From the NCBI GenBank assembly GCA_944392615.1, contig CALXXF010000006.1, positions 4,204 to 68,203 on the forward strand: DNA of 64,000 bases, in the 5' to 3' direction. The translations under genes were made by a program, and so were the position numbers. Positions within the stretch are counted from its first letter, which is position 1. The number at the start of each line of letters is the position of its first letter. Below are positions 38,888-49,277 of the stretch, one piece after another. The stretch comes from an uncultured Clostridia bacterium. Lineage in GTDB: Bacteria; Bacillota; Clostridia; Oscillospirales; CAG-272. The notes below the pieces were generated by a model. That model did no database searches, had not been told where the DNA came from, and was given only the letters and a program-made list of their open reading frames with translations.

Positions 38888-39798
38888 CAGTGCGCTCCTC
38901 CGATTATATTATTGAGATCATTTATACCATACTTTTCCATAACTCGCGGAAGGTCCTCAATTATTTTTTTGCAGGCGAATGGGTCAATAAGGTTCGCCGC
39001 TCCGACCTCTACTGCAGACGCACCGGCGTACATAAATTCAAGCACGTCCTCAGCTGAGGATATCCCGCCCATGCCGACAACAGGTATCTTTACCGCCTCA
39101 TAGACCTTGTACACCATGGCTATGGCGACAGGAAGGACGGATGGTCCAGAATAGCCGCCGGTTTTATTTGCAAGCACCGGCTTTCCCTTCTTAAGGTCTA
39201 TCCTCATTCCGAGAAGCGTGTTAATAAGGCTTATTCCGTCTGCTCCTTCACTCTCACAGGCACGCGCTATTTCTGCAATGTCTGTGACATTTGGAGACAG
39301 CTTCATTATTATCGGCTTGTCCGTAACTCTCCGCACAGCTCTTGTCACTTCTGCGGCAGAAGAAGGAACCGTTCCGAAGCTCATACCTCCGTTATGAACA
39401 TTTGGGCAGCTTATATTCACTTCAATCCATCCTACCTCCTTACATCCGGAGATTCTCTCACACGTGCCGGCATAATCAGAGACAGAAAAACCGCTGACAT
39501 TTGCCATGACCGGCTTGAAAAAGCATTCTGAAAGCTTTTTGAGCTCGGTGGAGATGACCTCTTCAACTCCGGGATTCTGAAGTCCGACGGCATTAAGCAT
39601 ACCGGACGGACATTCGGCAATGCGCGGGGTGGGATTTCCAAAGCGCGGTTCAAGCGTGGTTCCCTTGAATGAAAGACTGCCAAGGATATTTATATCGTAA
39701 TATTCTGCAAACTCATACCCGTACCCGAAGGTACCGCTCGCAGGGATTACCGGATTGTCCAGCGTTATACCGCAGAGATCTACCTTGAGATTCACCAT
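38887..39798 (-). CDS. pyrD: dihydroorotate dehydrogenase B, catalytic subunit
   Basis: [13 protein letters not shown]...NLSCPNV-type motif (here NISCPNV)...[12 protein letters not shown]. Confidence 0.9.
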   Translation of the reverse strand: MVNLKVDLCGITLDNPVIPASGTFGYGYEFAEYYDINILGSLSFKGTTLEPRFGNPTPRIAECPSGMLNAVGLQNPGVEEVISTELKKLSECFFKPVMANVSGFSVSDYAGTCERISGCKEVGWIEVNISCPNVHNGGMSFGTVPSSAAEVTRAVRRVTDKPIIMKLSPNVTDIAEIARACESEGADGISLINTLLGMRIDLKKGKPVLANKTGGYSGPSVLPVAIAMVYKVYEAVKIPVVGMGGISSAEDVLEFMYAGASAVEVGAANLIDPFACKKIIEDLPRVMEKYGINDLNNIIGGAH

Positions 39799-40538
39799 AT
39801 GATCTCCTCCCTTTCAAGGACCGGACCGTCCTTGCATATCCTTTTGTTCTTGTATTTTGTCTTGCACGAGCAGCCCATGCAGGCTCCGAAACCGCAGCCC
39901 ATGCGTTCCTCAAAGCTGTACTGTCCGCTTGTCAACGCAGTTTTTTCTATAGCACGGAACATGGGCATCGGACCGCACGTATAAAAATATGTGTAATCCA
40001 CGTCTTTCATAGCGTCAGTAACAAAGCCTTTAAGCCCGTACGACCCGTCTGCTGTGGTGACTATGACGCGCGATATTCCGGAAAATTCATTTTCGTAAAA
40101 TACCTCGTCCTTTGTGTTAAAACCGATTATAACGGTCGGTTTCTTTCCCTGCTCTTTCAGTTTTTTGCAGAGGGCATAAAGCGGAGGGACTCCGACTCCT
40201 CCTCCTATCAGCAGAGGCTTGTCCCCGCTTTTTGACATATCGTATCCATTTCCGAGACCGCAGAGCATATCAAGTCTTTTTCCCGGAAGATATGCAGAGA
40301 GGCTTTCGGTTCCGTGTCCGACGACCTTATATATGAGGGTGATTTTTCCGACGCCGCGTTCGTCAGGCGCAGAATAATCACATATCGAAATAGGACGCCT
40401 GAGATAAAAGCCGTCGAGCTTTATATTGACAAACTGCCCCGGAGCCGATATTCCTGTGACATCGCCTTCAACAATCAGCTCATAAACATCCTTTGCTATC
40501 TTATTGTTTGATAAAACAACATAAAAACCTTCAGTCAA
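39792..40538 (-). CDS. pyrK: dihydroorotate dehydrogenase B, electron-transfer (FAD/[2Fe-2S]) subunit
   Basis: RPISICD, GGGVGVPPL and C-terminal MGCGFGACMGCSC. TTG start with GAGAGGATGG upstream. Confidence 0.85.
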   Translation of the reverse strand: MTEGFYVVLSNNKIAKDVYELIVEGDVTGISAPGQFVNIKLDGFYLRRPISICDYSAPDERGVGKITLIYKVVGHGTESLSAYLPGKRLDMLCGLGNGYDMSKSGDKPLLIGGGVGVPPLYALCKKLKEQGKKPTVIIGFNTKDEVFYENEFSGISRVIVTTADGSYGLKGFVTDAMKDVDYTYFYTCGPMPMFRAIEKTALTSGQYSFEERMGCGFGACMGCSCKTKYKNKRICKDGPVLEREEIIW

Positions 40539-40682
40539 AACTTATACCATCCTCTCATAACAGAAAGCACAAACTAACAACGAACGATGACAAAGCGTTT
40601 TATCACGCGGATGAAATATCAGACATGCAGAAACGTTTTCAATACATTTACCGCACGTAACCGTACATTTGACGCGTTTCGA

Positions 40683-41987
40683 TCAGACGAACGTCCCGAG
40701 CGCTTCATACACTACCCTGCCGCCGCAGACGGTCATAACACACCGCCCGAATACCTCGTCACCTTCAAATGGAGTTGCACGCCCCATTGTAAAGAACCCG
40801 GATGGGTCTATTCTGTACCTCGCATTGAGATCGAAAACAGCGAAGTCGGCTTTTTTACCCTTCTTTATCCCGCAATTTATTCCGAATCTGCGTGCAGGCG
40901 AAATACTCATGAGACAGACCAGCTTTTCAAGCGATATTATTCCTTTTTTTACAAGTCCTGTATATAACACCGGAAATGCCGTTTCAAGCCCCACGACTCC
41001 CATGAGACTTCCGGCAAGACCGCGTGATTTTTCTTCAACAGTATGTGGGGCATGATCTGTTGCGATAATGTCTACTGTACCATCCTTAAGACCTTCGATC
41101 AAAGCAAGACGGTCCTCTTCTGAACGCACAGGCGGATTCATCTTGAACCTTCCCTCATCCTTTAGCATCATATCGTTGAGAAGAAGATAGTGCGGAGCTG
41201 TCTCACAGCTCACATCAAGTCCTTCTTTCTTGGCGTTTCTGATTATATCGACCGTCTGTCTTGTTGAAACATGACAGACGTGATAACGGCATCCGGTCCT
41301 CCGTACTAACTCTATGTCGCGTTCCACCTGCTTATATTCGCTGGCGGATGAAATTCCTGTCAGTCCGAGTCTTGCGGCAAGCTCGCCGTCGTGAACGCAG
41401 CCGCCCTTTGCAATCAGCGTCTCGTCTTCACAATGTGCGACTATAGGCTTTGAAAGCGCTTTTGCTCTGAGCATTGCCTGCTCCATAAGAGCCGCGGTTC
41501 TGACGCCCTTGCCGTCATCCGAGAATCCTACGACGCCCTCCGCAAGCTCTTCAAGCTCTGCCACTTCTTCGCTTTTTTCTCCGCGCGTTATGGCGCCGTA
41601 GGGATATACTCTTATCACAGAATCCCGTTTAATAATGTCACTCTGTACCTTTAGTGACTCGGCACAGTCAGGGCATGGGGACAGATTGGGCATCGTACAT
41701 ACAGCGGTATATCCGCCGGCGGCAGCAGACATACTGCCCGTTTTCATAGTTTCCTTATATGAAAATCCCGGCTCTCTGAAATGCACATGCACATCGACCA
41801 AGCCGGGGATAATAACAAACCGACCGCCAAAATCAAAGACCTCGGCGCCGTCATCACTTATATCGCTGTTCATATCGGCAACAACGCCGTCGCAGACAAG
41901 AATGTCAGAAGTTTCAAAACTTTTACCGCCGAAAACAACGGCGTTTTTCCAGAGTTTCTTACCTATCATATCCATAATCACAGGCAT
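40683..41987 (-). CDS. pyrC: dihydroorotase
   Basis: DVHVHFREPG, HCED and ATDHAPH motifs. The start is set at the ATG at 41987 (MPVIMDMIGKK). The tracked ORF up to 42308 is an unsupported N-terminal extension that runs through the promoter. Confidence 0.9.
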   Translation of the reverse strand: MPVIMDMIGKKLWKNAVVFGGKSFETSDILVCDGVVADMNSDISDDGAEVFDFGGRFVIIPGLVDVHVHFREPGFSYKETMKTGSMSAAAGGYTAVCTMPNLSPCPDCAESLKVQSDIIKRDSVIRVYPYGAITRGEKSEEVAELEELAEGVVGFSDDGKGVRTAALMEQAMLRAKALSKPIVAHCEDETLIAKGGCVHDGELAARLGLTGISSASEYKQVERDIELVRRTGCRYHVCHVSTRQTVDIIRNAKKEGLDVSCETAPHYLLLNDMMLKDEGRFKMNPPVRSEEDRLALIEGLKDGTVDIIATDHAPHTVEEKSRGLAGSLMGVVGLETAFPVLYTGLVKKGIISLEKLVCLMSISPARRFGINCGIKKGKKADFAVFDLNARYRIDPSGFFTMGRATPFEGDEVFGRCVMTVCGGRVVYEALGTFV

Positions 41988-42048
41988 CGTCCGTTTCTTT
42001 TGATATTCTGTCTTCAGCGGCGCATTATACAGGCGCCGCATCTGATTT

Positions 42049-42077
42049 ATTTTAACACGGCACGCATTAAAAGTCAA
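42049..42077 (-). promoter_or_regulatory. candidate sigma-A promoter of the pyr operon
   Basis: On the minus strand: TTGACT (42072-42077), 17 nt, TAAAAT (42049-42054) with TGn extended -10. A short ~55-nt leader contains a 7-bp GCGGCGC/GCGCCGC hairpin. Confidence 0.55.
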
Positions 42078-42326
42078 CACAAAATTTGAGTCGCGCAATG
42101 CTTGAACCAACTGTATAGCAAGCATGATCTGAACAGTAAGCGCCGTCTGGTTCTGACCGGAGAAATGTCTGAAAAATTGTAAATAATAAAAAGAATTGCA
42201 TCGGTAAACCGCATTATATTTTTCAAAATAAAGAACATATCGCACGTTTCGTAGGACAGAATTACAGATTAACTCTGCCGGGAAACATTGTAATGCCGGA
42301 TGATGCAAACTTTTTGAAAACTTCTA

Positions 42327-42355
42327 TTGAAATTGCCGGAGAATTATTGTATAAT
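42327..42355 (+). promoter_or_regulatory. sigma-A promoter of glyQS
   Basis: TTGAAA (42327-42332), 17 nt, TATAAT (42350-42355), ~60 nt upstream of the ATG. Confidence 0.7.
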
Positions 42356-42418
42356 TACCTATATTCATCATTCATCGCCATTGCGGCGTAAACTCTACTA
42401 TCAAGGGACGGTAAATAC

Positions 42419-43816
42419 ATGAACAACAGCGAAAAGACAATGGATAAAATTGTTGCTCTTTGCAAAAACAGAGGTATAATCTACTCAGGAAGCGAGATAT
42501 ACGGCGGACTTTCAAACTCATGGGACTACGGTCCGCTGGGAGTAGAGCTAAAAAACAATGTGAAAAAAGCGTGGTGGAGGAAGTTCGTACAGCAGTCACC
42601 ACATAACGTCGGACTCGACAGCGCCATAATAATGAATCCGAAGACATGGGAGGCATCAGGGCATCTTGCCGGATTTTCCGACCCTTTAATGGATTGCAAG
42701 GTGTGCAGAGCACGCCACAGGGCTGACAAGCTGATAGAGGACTATATAAACGAAAACTCTCTTGATATAAATCCTAACGGCTGGACATCCGACCGCATGA
42801 GCGATTATATACGCGAAAACAGAATAAAATGTCCGTCCTGCGGAAGCAGCGACTTTACACCGATAAGAAAATTCAACCTGATGTTCAAGACGTTTATCGG
42901 CGTCACTGAGGATTCTGCAAGCGAGGTATACCTGCGTCCCGAAACAGCACAGGGAATATTCGTGAATTTCAAGAACATTGCACGATCCTCGCGCAAAAAG
43001 ATACCTTTCGGTGTGGCTCAGATAGGAAAATCCTTCAGAAATGAGATAACACCCGGAAACTTTATATTCAGGACACGCGAATTTGAGCAGATGGAGCTTG
43101 AATTTTTCTGTAAGCCCGGCACGGACCTTGAGTGGTTTGATTATTGGCGCGCATACTGCCGTGATTTTCTCTACTCGCTCGGTATGAAACCTGAAAATCT
43201 GAGACTTCGCGATCATGATAAAGACGAGCTTTGCTTCTATTCAAAGGCTACAACGGACTTTGAGTTTTTGTTTCCTTTCGGATGGGGCGAGCTTTGGGGC
43301 GTTGCAGACAGGACCGATTATGACCTGACACAGCATATGAAAACAAGCGGCGAGTCACTTGAATATTTTGACCCAGAGACCGGTGAAAAGTACGTCCCAT
43401 ATGTCATCGAACCTTCTCTTGGCGCAGATCGGGTACTGCTTGCCTTTCTGTGCGACGCTTATGACGAAGAGGTGCTCGACAAAGAGAAAAACGATGTCCG
43501 GGTGGTACTGAGACTTCACCCTGCGCTCGCTCCTTATAAAGCGGCAATACTTCCTCTGTCAAAGAAACTGACCGAGAAGGCAGAAAAGATCTACACTTCC
43601 CTTTCGTCAAAATATATGGTGGACTTTGACGACACCGGCTCTATCGGAAAGAGGTATCGCCGCGAGGACGAGATCGGGACCCCGTTCTGCATAACATACG
43701 ACTTTGACTCTGAAAATGACGGGTGTGTTACGGTGAGAGACAGGGACAGCATGGAGCAGGTGCGTATACCTGTTGATTCTCTTGATGACTATATAGCGAA
43801 ACGGATAGATTTCTGA
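42419..43816 (+). CDS. glyQS: glycine--tRNA ligase (single-chain class II type)
   Basis: 465 aa; [15 protein letters not shown]...[14 protein letters not shown]...FRNEITP...EPSLGADR are canonical motifs. Confidence 0.9.
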   Translation: MNNSEKTMDKIVALCKNRGIIYSGSEIYGGLSNSWDYGPLGVELKNNVKKAWWRKFVQQSPHNVGLDSAIIMNPKTWEASGHLAGFSDPLMDCKVCRARHRADKLIEDYINENSLDINPNGWTSDRMSDYIRENRIKCPSCGSSDFTPIRKFNLMFKTFIGVTEDSASEVYLRPETAQGIFVNFKNIARSSRKKIPFGVAQIGKSFRNEITPGNFIFRTREFEQMELEFFCKPGTDLEWFDYWRAYCRDFLYSLGMKPENLRLRDHDKDELCFYSKATTDFEFLFPFGWGELWGVADRTDYDLTQHMKTSGESLEYFDPETGEKYVPYVIEPSLGADRVLLAFLCDAYDEEVLDKEKNDVRVVLRLHPALAPYKAAILPLSKKLTEKAEKIYTSLSSKYMVDFDDTGSIGKRYRREDEIGTPFCITYDFDSENDGCVTVRDRDSMEQVRIPVDSLDDYIAKRIDF

Positions 43817-43825
43817 AAAAAACAC

Positions 43826-43870
43826 GGCGCAGGAGTTGTGCGTTTGCACGATTCCTGCGCCGGAATTTTT
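43826..43870 (+). terminator. rho-independent terminator of glyQS
   Basis: Stem GGCGCAGGA / TCCTGCGCC with an inner GTGC/GCAC pairing, followed by GGAATTTTT. Confidence 0.8.
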
Positions 43871-43966
43871 GAGTGTATCTGAGCTTTTTTACATATGGAT
43901 CTTTATTTGCCCCGCATGCTTAGGCATGCCTCCGGTGTGCTTCGGCGTTGTATAAAAAGAAACGGC

Positions 43967-44006
43967 ATTCCCGCATGACCTTCTCAAAAAGCGGGAATCT
44001 TTTTTT
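43967..44006. terminator. hairpin with U-tracts on both sides (probable ddl terminator)
   Basis: 8-bp stem ATTCCCGC / GCGGGAAT with a 16-nt loop. T7 follows on the plus strand and CGTTTCTTTTT on the minus strand. Confidence 0.5.
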
Positions 44007-44185
44007 CTCTCAGACATTCTGTGACGCCGCGTCCTGCGAAAACAATTTACATCGGGCAAACGAAGGTTTCAACTTGCTCCACTTTATATTAATTCTGAAT
44101 GCAAAAAAGATAGCAGCATGTGCAGGTCGCTGACGTCATACGAGGTGCGTCCGTTTCAAAGCCGTGTTTTGTGAATGCATACCGG

Positions 44186-45142
44186 TCACAGCGAATTTTT
44201 ATTTTTTCTGTCAGTGAGTGCAAAATCAACCAATTTCATACAAAGCGACGGAAAGCTGATGCCTGCAGCACGTGCGGCGTCAGGGACGAGGCTCATCTCT
44301 GTCATACCCGGAAGAGTATTCACCTCCATTATAACCGGTCCCTTTTTTTTGTCCACTATGAAATCTATTCTTGCAATTCCGTTGCATCCGAGCTCACTGT
44401 ACGCCTTTTTCCCTGTCTCCACTATAATCTTCTCGGTGTTTTCATCAATCGCGGCTGGTATGACATGGCGCGAGCCGCCTGAAGAATATTTTGCATTATA
44501 ATCATAGAACCTGCTGTCGGTCAGTATTTCTATCACCGGAAAGGCCTCAGGAGAGCAGGTTCTTCCTATTATCGGAAGGGATACCTCTGTGCCGTCGAGA
44601 TATTCTTCTGCAAAAATTTTATTGCCGTATCTGAATACCTCGTCTATCGCAGAAGAAATCTCTTTGCGCCCGGAAGCTATGACAACCCCTATACTTGAGC
44701 CCTCACACGGAGCTTTTACCACGACATTTTCCCCAAGTGCTGCAACCGTTTTTTCAATAGTTTCCACTCTGTCATTATTCCATGCATCCCTTGTTATCTC
44801 TATGTAATCTGCATTCGGCAGTCCGGCGGAATTCAGAATCTTTTTCGTGAGCAGCTTGTTCATACACAGCGCGCTGGCTGAAACCCCGGAGCCGGTATAC
44901 GGGATACCGCAAAGGTCCAGCATTCCCTGAATGCAGCCGTCCTCGCCTCCCCTTCCGTGTAGCGCCAGAAAAACAACGTCTGGCCTTTCATCGATCAAGC
45001 TCCTTATATTTGTACGGTCAAGGTCAAATAATGTCACCTCGTTGCCTCCGTACCCGGAAATTGCATCGTAAATTGCCTTCCCGCTCAAAAGAGATATATC
45101 ACGCTCAGAGGAAAAACCTCCGTAAACAACTGTTATCTTCAT
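44186..45142 (-). CDS. ddl: D-alanine--D-alanine ligase
   Basis: VVYGGFSSERDISLLSG...LHGRGGEDGCIQG...EVNTLPGMT. The start is set at the ATG at 45142 (MKITVVYGG). Confidence 0.9.
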   Translation of the reverse strand: MKITVVYGGFSSERDISLLSGKAIYDAISGYGGNEVTLFDLDRTNIRSLIDERPDVVFLALHGRGGEDGCIQGMLDLCGIPYTGSGVSASALCMNKLLTKKILNSAGLPNADYIEITRDAWNNDRVETIEKTVAALGENVVVKAPCEGSSIGVVIASGRKEISSAIDEVFRYGNKIFAEEYLDGTEVSLPIIGRTCSPEAFPVIEILTDSRFYDYNAKYSSGGSRHVIPAAIDENTEKIIVETGKKAYSELGCNGIARIDFIVDKKKGPVIMEVNTLPGMTEMSLVPDAARAAGISFPSLCMKLVDFALTDRKNKNSL

Positions 45143-45271
45143 CGGCAGAATACGCCCCTTCCATTCATGCGGAATCATATCGGTGCTGAAAAATCATTCA
45201 CCGACAGTTCTTATATATAATATGCCATATGTCCCGGATGTTGCACCGGATTATTTCATGCCACCCGGAAT

Positions 45272-45300
45272 GTTATATCATACAAAAAAGTCTTTGTCAA
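45272..45300 (-). promoter_or_regulatory. candidate proximal ddl promoter (inside repeat unit 1)
   Basis: On the minus strand: TTGACA (45295-45300), 17 nt, TATAAC (45272-45277), ~125 nt upstream of the ddl ATG. Confidence 0.5.
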
Positions 45301-45395
45301 TCATCCGGTATTTTTATCGCGCAAAAAGTCTTTGTCAATCACCCGTTTTTTAATCGCACAAAAAGTCTTTGTCAATTACCCGGTATTCAAAAATA
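45282..45395 (-). repeat. three tandem ~37-38-bp direct repeats, each carrying a minus-strand TTGACA
   Basis: The core CAAAAAGTCTTTGTCAAT(C/T)A(T/C)CCG occurs at 45283, 45322 and 45359 (periods 38 and 37 bp). On the minus strand each unit reads ATTGACAAAGACTTTTTG followed by an A/T-rich -10-like box. Confidence 0.85.
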
Positions 45396-45428
45396 AAAAC
45401 GGATGCGGAATAACCGCATCCGTTTTTA
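45392..45428 (-). terminator. rho-independent terminator of the GH31 gene (bidirectional shape)
   Basis: 10-bp stem ACGGATGCGG / CCGCATCCGT with T-runs on both strands. Confidence 0.8.
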
Positions 45429-45449
45429 TATAAGATTTTATCAAAGAAA

Positions 45450-48400
45450 TCAGTCATCGGCTTCAGAAACCGTAACGGCTGAAAATGTTATGTTGTTGCC
45501 ACAGAGAAGCGAATAATTGATGAATAGTTCAGAAGCTTCGTCAGAGCTGCACTCAATCGTGATCTTGCGATAGAAATTGGTAGACATGTTGCCGAATGTA
45601 TACGTTTCAACATGACCCGATCTGTCTCTTATGCTTATCTTCGCAAGGCTCTGATATCCGCCAAGATAAATGGTGTATACCGCCTTGTCGCCCTCTGTTT
45701 TAAGAGTTATCTTGAAATTTCTGTTGGAAACCGGACCGTTTGTCGAAGAACCGCTCGTTTTCACATCTCCGTCGCTCCAGTATATCCTGTAATTGTCCTG
45801 GAACCCGAAGTTATCGTCGTCAGACGATATGGAGCCGATGAGACCCTTTCCGAGAGCCTTTCTCACGACATCGTCATAATCTGAATATCCGAAAAGCGCC
45901 CAGTCGATCGTTCCTTCCTCAGATATATTCAGACCGGAAGCCATTCCCCTCTTTGTTATTTCCTCCACATTGACAGTAAAGTCGGCAGAGGCGTCGTTAT
46001 ACTCATCGTTCTTGCCGTCTTCTACTGTGCTTGCAAAATAGATTTCTATTTCGTTTAACTTGTAAATATCCGTTGTAAAGGAAAATTCAACAATATCAGA
46101 GTCACATGAAGCCCCTGTCTGCATAAACGGGGATGCATCCGCGGATTTTTTGAATTCCTCATAATCCGTGATTTCTTTTCCGTTGAGAACTATCTTGGTA
46201 ATCTTTCCGAAATCAGCTCTTGCATGTATGCGTATCGTAAATTCTCTTTCCGTAAATGCAAGATCGCCGTCAAAGCTTCCCTGGCATGGATTTATTGTTA
46301 TTCCCAAATGATCGCTGTCGTATTTCATCTCAACAAGGGTCGTGCGGTATTTTCCGTCTTTATAGGCAACCGTTCTTGTGTCATCCTCATATATGACCGT
46401 CTGTGCCTCATAATCGACGGAGGGATATACGTCTATCGTCATCTCGCTCCAGTCGTCTTCTTTTGTGTTTGACATCTGTTTTACGAGAGGGATGAGCGCG
46501 CCGTTTCTCACAAAAATAGGAGATGTCTCAAGAGGATGAGAAACAGTGTATGTAGCAGGGCCGACGTATGTTTCTCCTGTCCATACATCTATCCAGCTTC
46601 CTTCGGGAATAAATACTGTTCTTGTCTGATCCGTGGTTTCACAAAGACCTACTCTGACATGCGCCTGACCAGTGTATTCACAATACTCTATCTTTATGTC
46701 GTGTGTACTTCCTGCCTTGAAGACATCAGACTCTATGACAGTGTCATAAACCGTCCATCCGTTTATGACGAGCTCGCCGTCGACCCACACTCTGATACCG
46801 TCATCTGCGTAAACCGAAAGATATGCGTCATTATCTCCGATAGTCATAGTGCCGGTCCAGCGTATTGAGAAATTTTCGGACGGACTGCCTATTACTTCAG
46901 GGCCCTTGTCCTTCCAGTCGTAGTTTATCTCGGTTTCATATGCTGTATAAGCGGGAGTACCTGTAAGCGTACTGTTATTGAAATACTCTGCGTAAAGGCC
47001 GGTGTTGCCGCCTGAAGTGAGGGTGGCGTTTTCAAAACTCATTTCAAAGTCGCCGTCCATAGGCGCAACGAGTATATAGTCGCCGAGTAGATACTGGTCG
47101 TTTCTCGATGCCTCGGCATACTGGGAATAATTGATATCAAGACGCCGCATTATCGGAAGACCGGTTTCATAATTCTCGTGAGCAAGCTGATAGAACAGAG
47201 GCAGGAGCCTGTATCTCATTCCCACATATTCTTTGACAACGCTTTCAGCAGTTTCTCCGTAGAGCCACGGCATTCTGCTGTATGGCTTTGTGCAGTGTAC
47301 GCGGCATATCGTCGACAGAGCGCCGAACTGCAGCCATCTGACGTACATGTCGTCCGTGACCTCGCTTGTGTGTCCTCCGAGATCGCTGGATACATACGGC
47401 AGACCGAGCTCAACTCCGCCATATATGAGATTGTAAATCTCGTCTGCAAGGTCTTCAGACAGCGTGCCAATATCACCGGTCCACTGTATGGAATATTTGT
47501 GGGCGGCAATTTCCGGGGCATATTCAAGCTCACCGTTGAGTATTCCGTCAACATTTGCCATTATGAGAGCCCGTCTTGCATACTCGTCAATATCGTCGAC
47601 TATGCTCTCGTAATACTCTTCGGTTATCCACTGAAACGCGTACATTCCGGAGGCATATATCGATATGCCGGGATCGACGTCGTTCAGCGCCACACTCCAG
47701 TTTCTGTCATACCACCAGTAATCAAGCCCAAGCGAAAGTATTAGCTTGAGGTTCTCAGAGCGGTATTCAATCTCGTCCTCGTCAAGCAGAGAATCTGTGC
47801 CCTGTGCAGGCTCCGGGTGGTCGTTGAAATATATCGAAACGCCCAGCTCGTGCGCCTGTTCAAGAAAATCCGCCATATCCGGGAACAGTCTTTCATTTAT
47901 CGTATAGCCTATACCGCTCGAAGCATCACGCCAGTCAGTATCTATGACAAGAAGGTCAATAGAATATCCGCGTCTCTGGTATTCTTTTATCTGACGCAGG
48001 GCGGTAGCCGAAGTATACTGATACCACCTTGAATCCCAATACCCGAACAAATCAAGCGTTATCATCTCAGATCTTCCGGTAAGCTCGATAAAATTCTTCA
48101 TGAAGTTCTCATAGCTTCCTTCAGGCAAGAATACAAAAATATCTGTCGCGAGCCTATCAGTGACCCAGCCGTTGTTGTCTTCATATCCCTCCTCGGGTAT
48201 GGAATATCCGTTTTCCGAGGGTATGACACGGGGATTGTCGCAGAAATACCAGGAATCGAGTTCATCAGAAGCCGACGGAAGGTATACATTGCTGTCTGTT
48301 TTCCCGGCGAAATTCCATATTTCATTTCCATGCGCATCGGTGATGTAGATACTGCTGACGCTGCTTGCGTTCTCAGGGAGATGTACTGTGTATTTTTCTG

Positions 48401-48806
48401 TCTTTATGAGCTTTTCACCATCGAGGGATTCGACACTATACTCGACGTTATACCAGTCGTCCCTGTTAATGACAGAAAAAGACGGCTTATCCTGGAAGCT
48501 TCCGTCCGACATCGCTGCCTCTATTCTCACAAGCCCGTCTGAAAGAAGCTGTACCCTTACTTTACCTTCGGTTATACTGTTGGGCTCCACGCGCTCGACC
48601 GGAGCCGTAGTACCACCTGCTGAGGTATCCTCTGACGTGGTTTCTGAAGCCCCGACGGTCGTCTGATCTGTACCGCCTTCAGAAGTGTCCGAGCCGTCTG
48701 TCACAGCCGGCGTGGTAACATCGTCCTTGTCGCAGGAAACGAGCACACAGCACACCAAGGCAGCTAAGACAAGCGTCATAGCCAATAATTTAAATAATCG
48801 TCCCAT
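45450..48806 (-). CDS. GH31-like glycoside hydrolase lipoprotein with an inserted PA14 domain and C-terminal beta-rich domains
   Basis: Lipoprotein signal MGRLFKLLAMTLVLAALVCCVLVSC. GH31-like blocks are IDTDWRD, GLDYWWYDRNW, QWTGDIGT and SDLGGH. A PA14-like block is NFSIRWTGTMT...VYADDGIRVWVDGELVINGW. The family call is by pattern only. Confidence 0.6.
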   Translation of the reverse strand: MGRLFKLLAMTLVLAALVCCVLVSCDKDDVTTPAVTDGSDTSEGGTDQTTVGASETTSEDTSAGGTTAPVERVEPNSITEGKVRVQLLSDGLVRIEAAMSDGSFQDKPSFSVINRDDWYNVEYSVESLDGEKLIKTEKYTVHLPENASSVSSIYITDAHGNEIWNFAGKTDSNVYLPSASDELDSWYFCDNPRVIPSENGYSIPEEGYEDNNGWVTDRLATDIFVFLPEGSYENFMKNFIELTGRSEMITLDLFGYWDSRWYQYTSATALRQIKEYQRRGYSIDLLVIDTDWRDASSGIGYTINERLFPDMADFLEQAHELGVSIYFNDHPEPAQGTDSLLDEDEIEYRSENLKLILSLGLDYWWYDRNWSVALNDVDPGISIYASGMYAFQWITEEYYESIVDDIDEYARRALIMANVDGILNGELEYAPEIAAHKYSIQWTGDIGTLSEDLADEIYNLIYGGVELGLPYVSSDLGGHTSEVTDDMYVRWLQFGALSTICRVHCTKPYSRMPWLYGETAESVVKEYVGMRYRLLPLFYQLAHENYETGLPIMRRLDINYSQYAEASRNDQYLLGDYILVAPMDGDFEMSFENATLTSGGNTGLYAEYFNNSTLTGTPAYTAYETEINYDWKDKGPEVIGSPSENFSIRWTGTMTIGDNDAYLSVYADDGIRVWVDGELVINGWTVYDTVIESDVFKAGSTHDIKIEYCEYTGQAHVRVGLCETTDQTRTVFIPEGSWIDVWTGETYVGPATYTVSHPLETSPIFVRNGALIPLVKQMSNTKEDDWSEMTIDVYPSVDYEAQTVIYEDDTRTVAYKDGKYRTTLVEMKYDSDHLGITINPCQGSFDGDLAFTEREFTIRIHARADFGKITKIVLNGKEITDYEEFKKSADASPFMQTGASCDSDIVEFSFTTDIYKLNEIEIYFASTVEDGKNDEYNDASADFTVNVEEITKRGMASGLNISEEGTIDWALFGYSDYDDVVRKALGKGLIGSISSDDDNFGFQDNYRIYWSDGDVKTSGSSTNGPVSNRNFKITLKTEGDKAVYTIYLGGYQSLAKISIRDRSGHVETYTFGNMSTNFYRKITIECSSDEASELFINYSLLCGNNITFSAVTVSEADD

Positions 48807-49248
48807 ACAGCACCTCTTTTTTGTATTTTCGACAACACAATTTTATCATCAGCTTTTCTCCAATTCAAGCACTATATTTACATTTTCTTGAACAATTTTG
48901 ACTCACAATGGCAGAAAATCACCGTTGATATTGTACAAATATGACAAATGAAATCCTGTGCTATTAATGGAAACGATGTTGCAAAAGTAAGTCGGACACC
49001 GGGAGTCAACACATATGAAGCTCCCGTCTCTTCTGAAAAGACACATCCGCAATCAGGCCAAAAAGCAGACAAAAGCTACATGAAACGTCTTAAGGCACGT
49101 ATTTGAACCATGCATCCAGTAATATATCTGAATAAAAGCATCCTGCAGCTTGAATGAGTGCTGCATCAAACTGCTTTTAGCAAAACAGTTCTGAGCTTTG
49201 CCGATCTCTGACAAATGCCGCGGCACTTTACAAATTAAGACAATGTTC

Positions 49249-49277
49249 TTGAATATACGTTGACTTTATGCTATAGT
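49249..49277 (+). promoter_or_regulatory. candidate sigma-A promoter of the DtxR-family gene
   Basis: TTGAAT (49249-49254), 17 nt, TATAGT (49272-49277). This leaves a ~105-nt leader. Confidence 0.4.

Noticed and set aside
41988-42308. 107-aa N-terminal extension of the pyrC ORF in the track (541 aa).
   Set aside because: The extension runs through the pyr promoter and the glyQS-divergent spacer and has non-protein-like composition. Dihydroorotase homology begins at MPVIMDMIGKK (ATG at 41987).
45282-45395. Possibility that the 37-38-bp repeats are a mini CRISPR array.
   Set aside because: There are only three units, directly abutting each other with no unique spacers between conserved repeats, and no cas genes are nearby. 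The content looks like a promoter (-35/-10).
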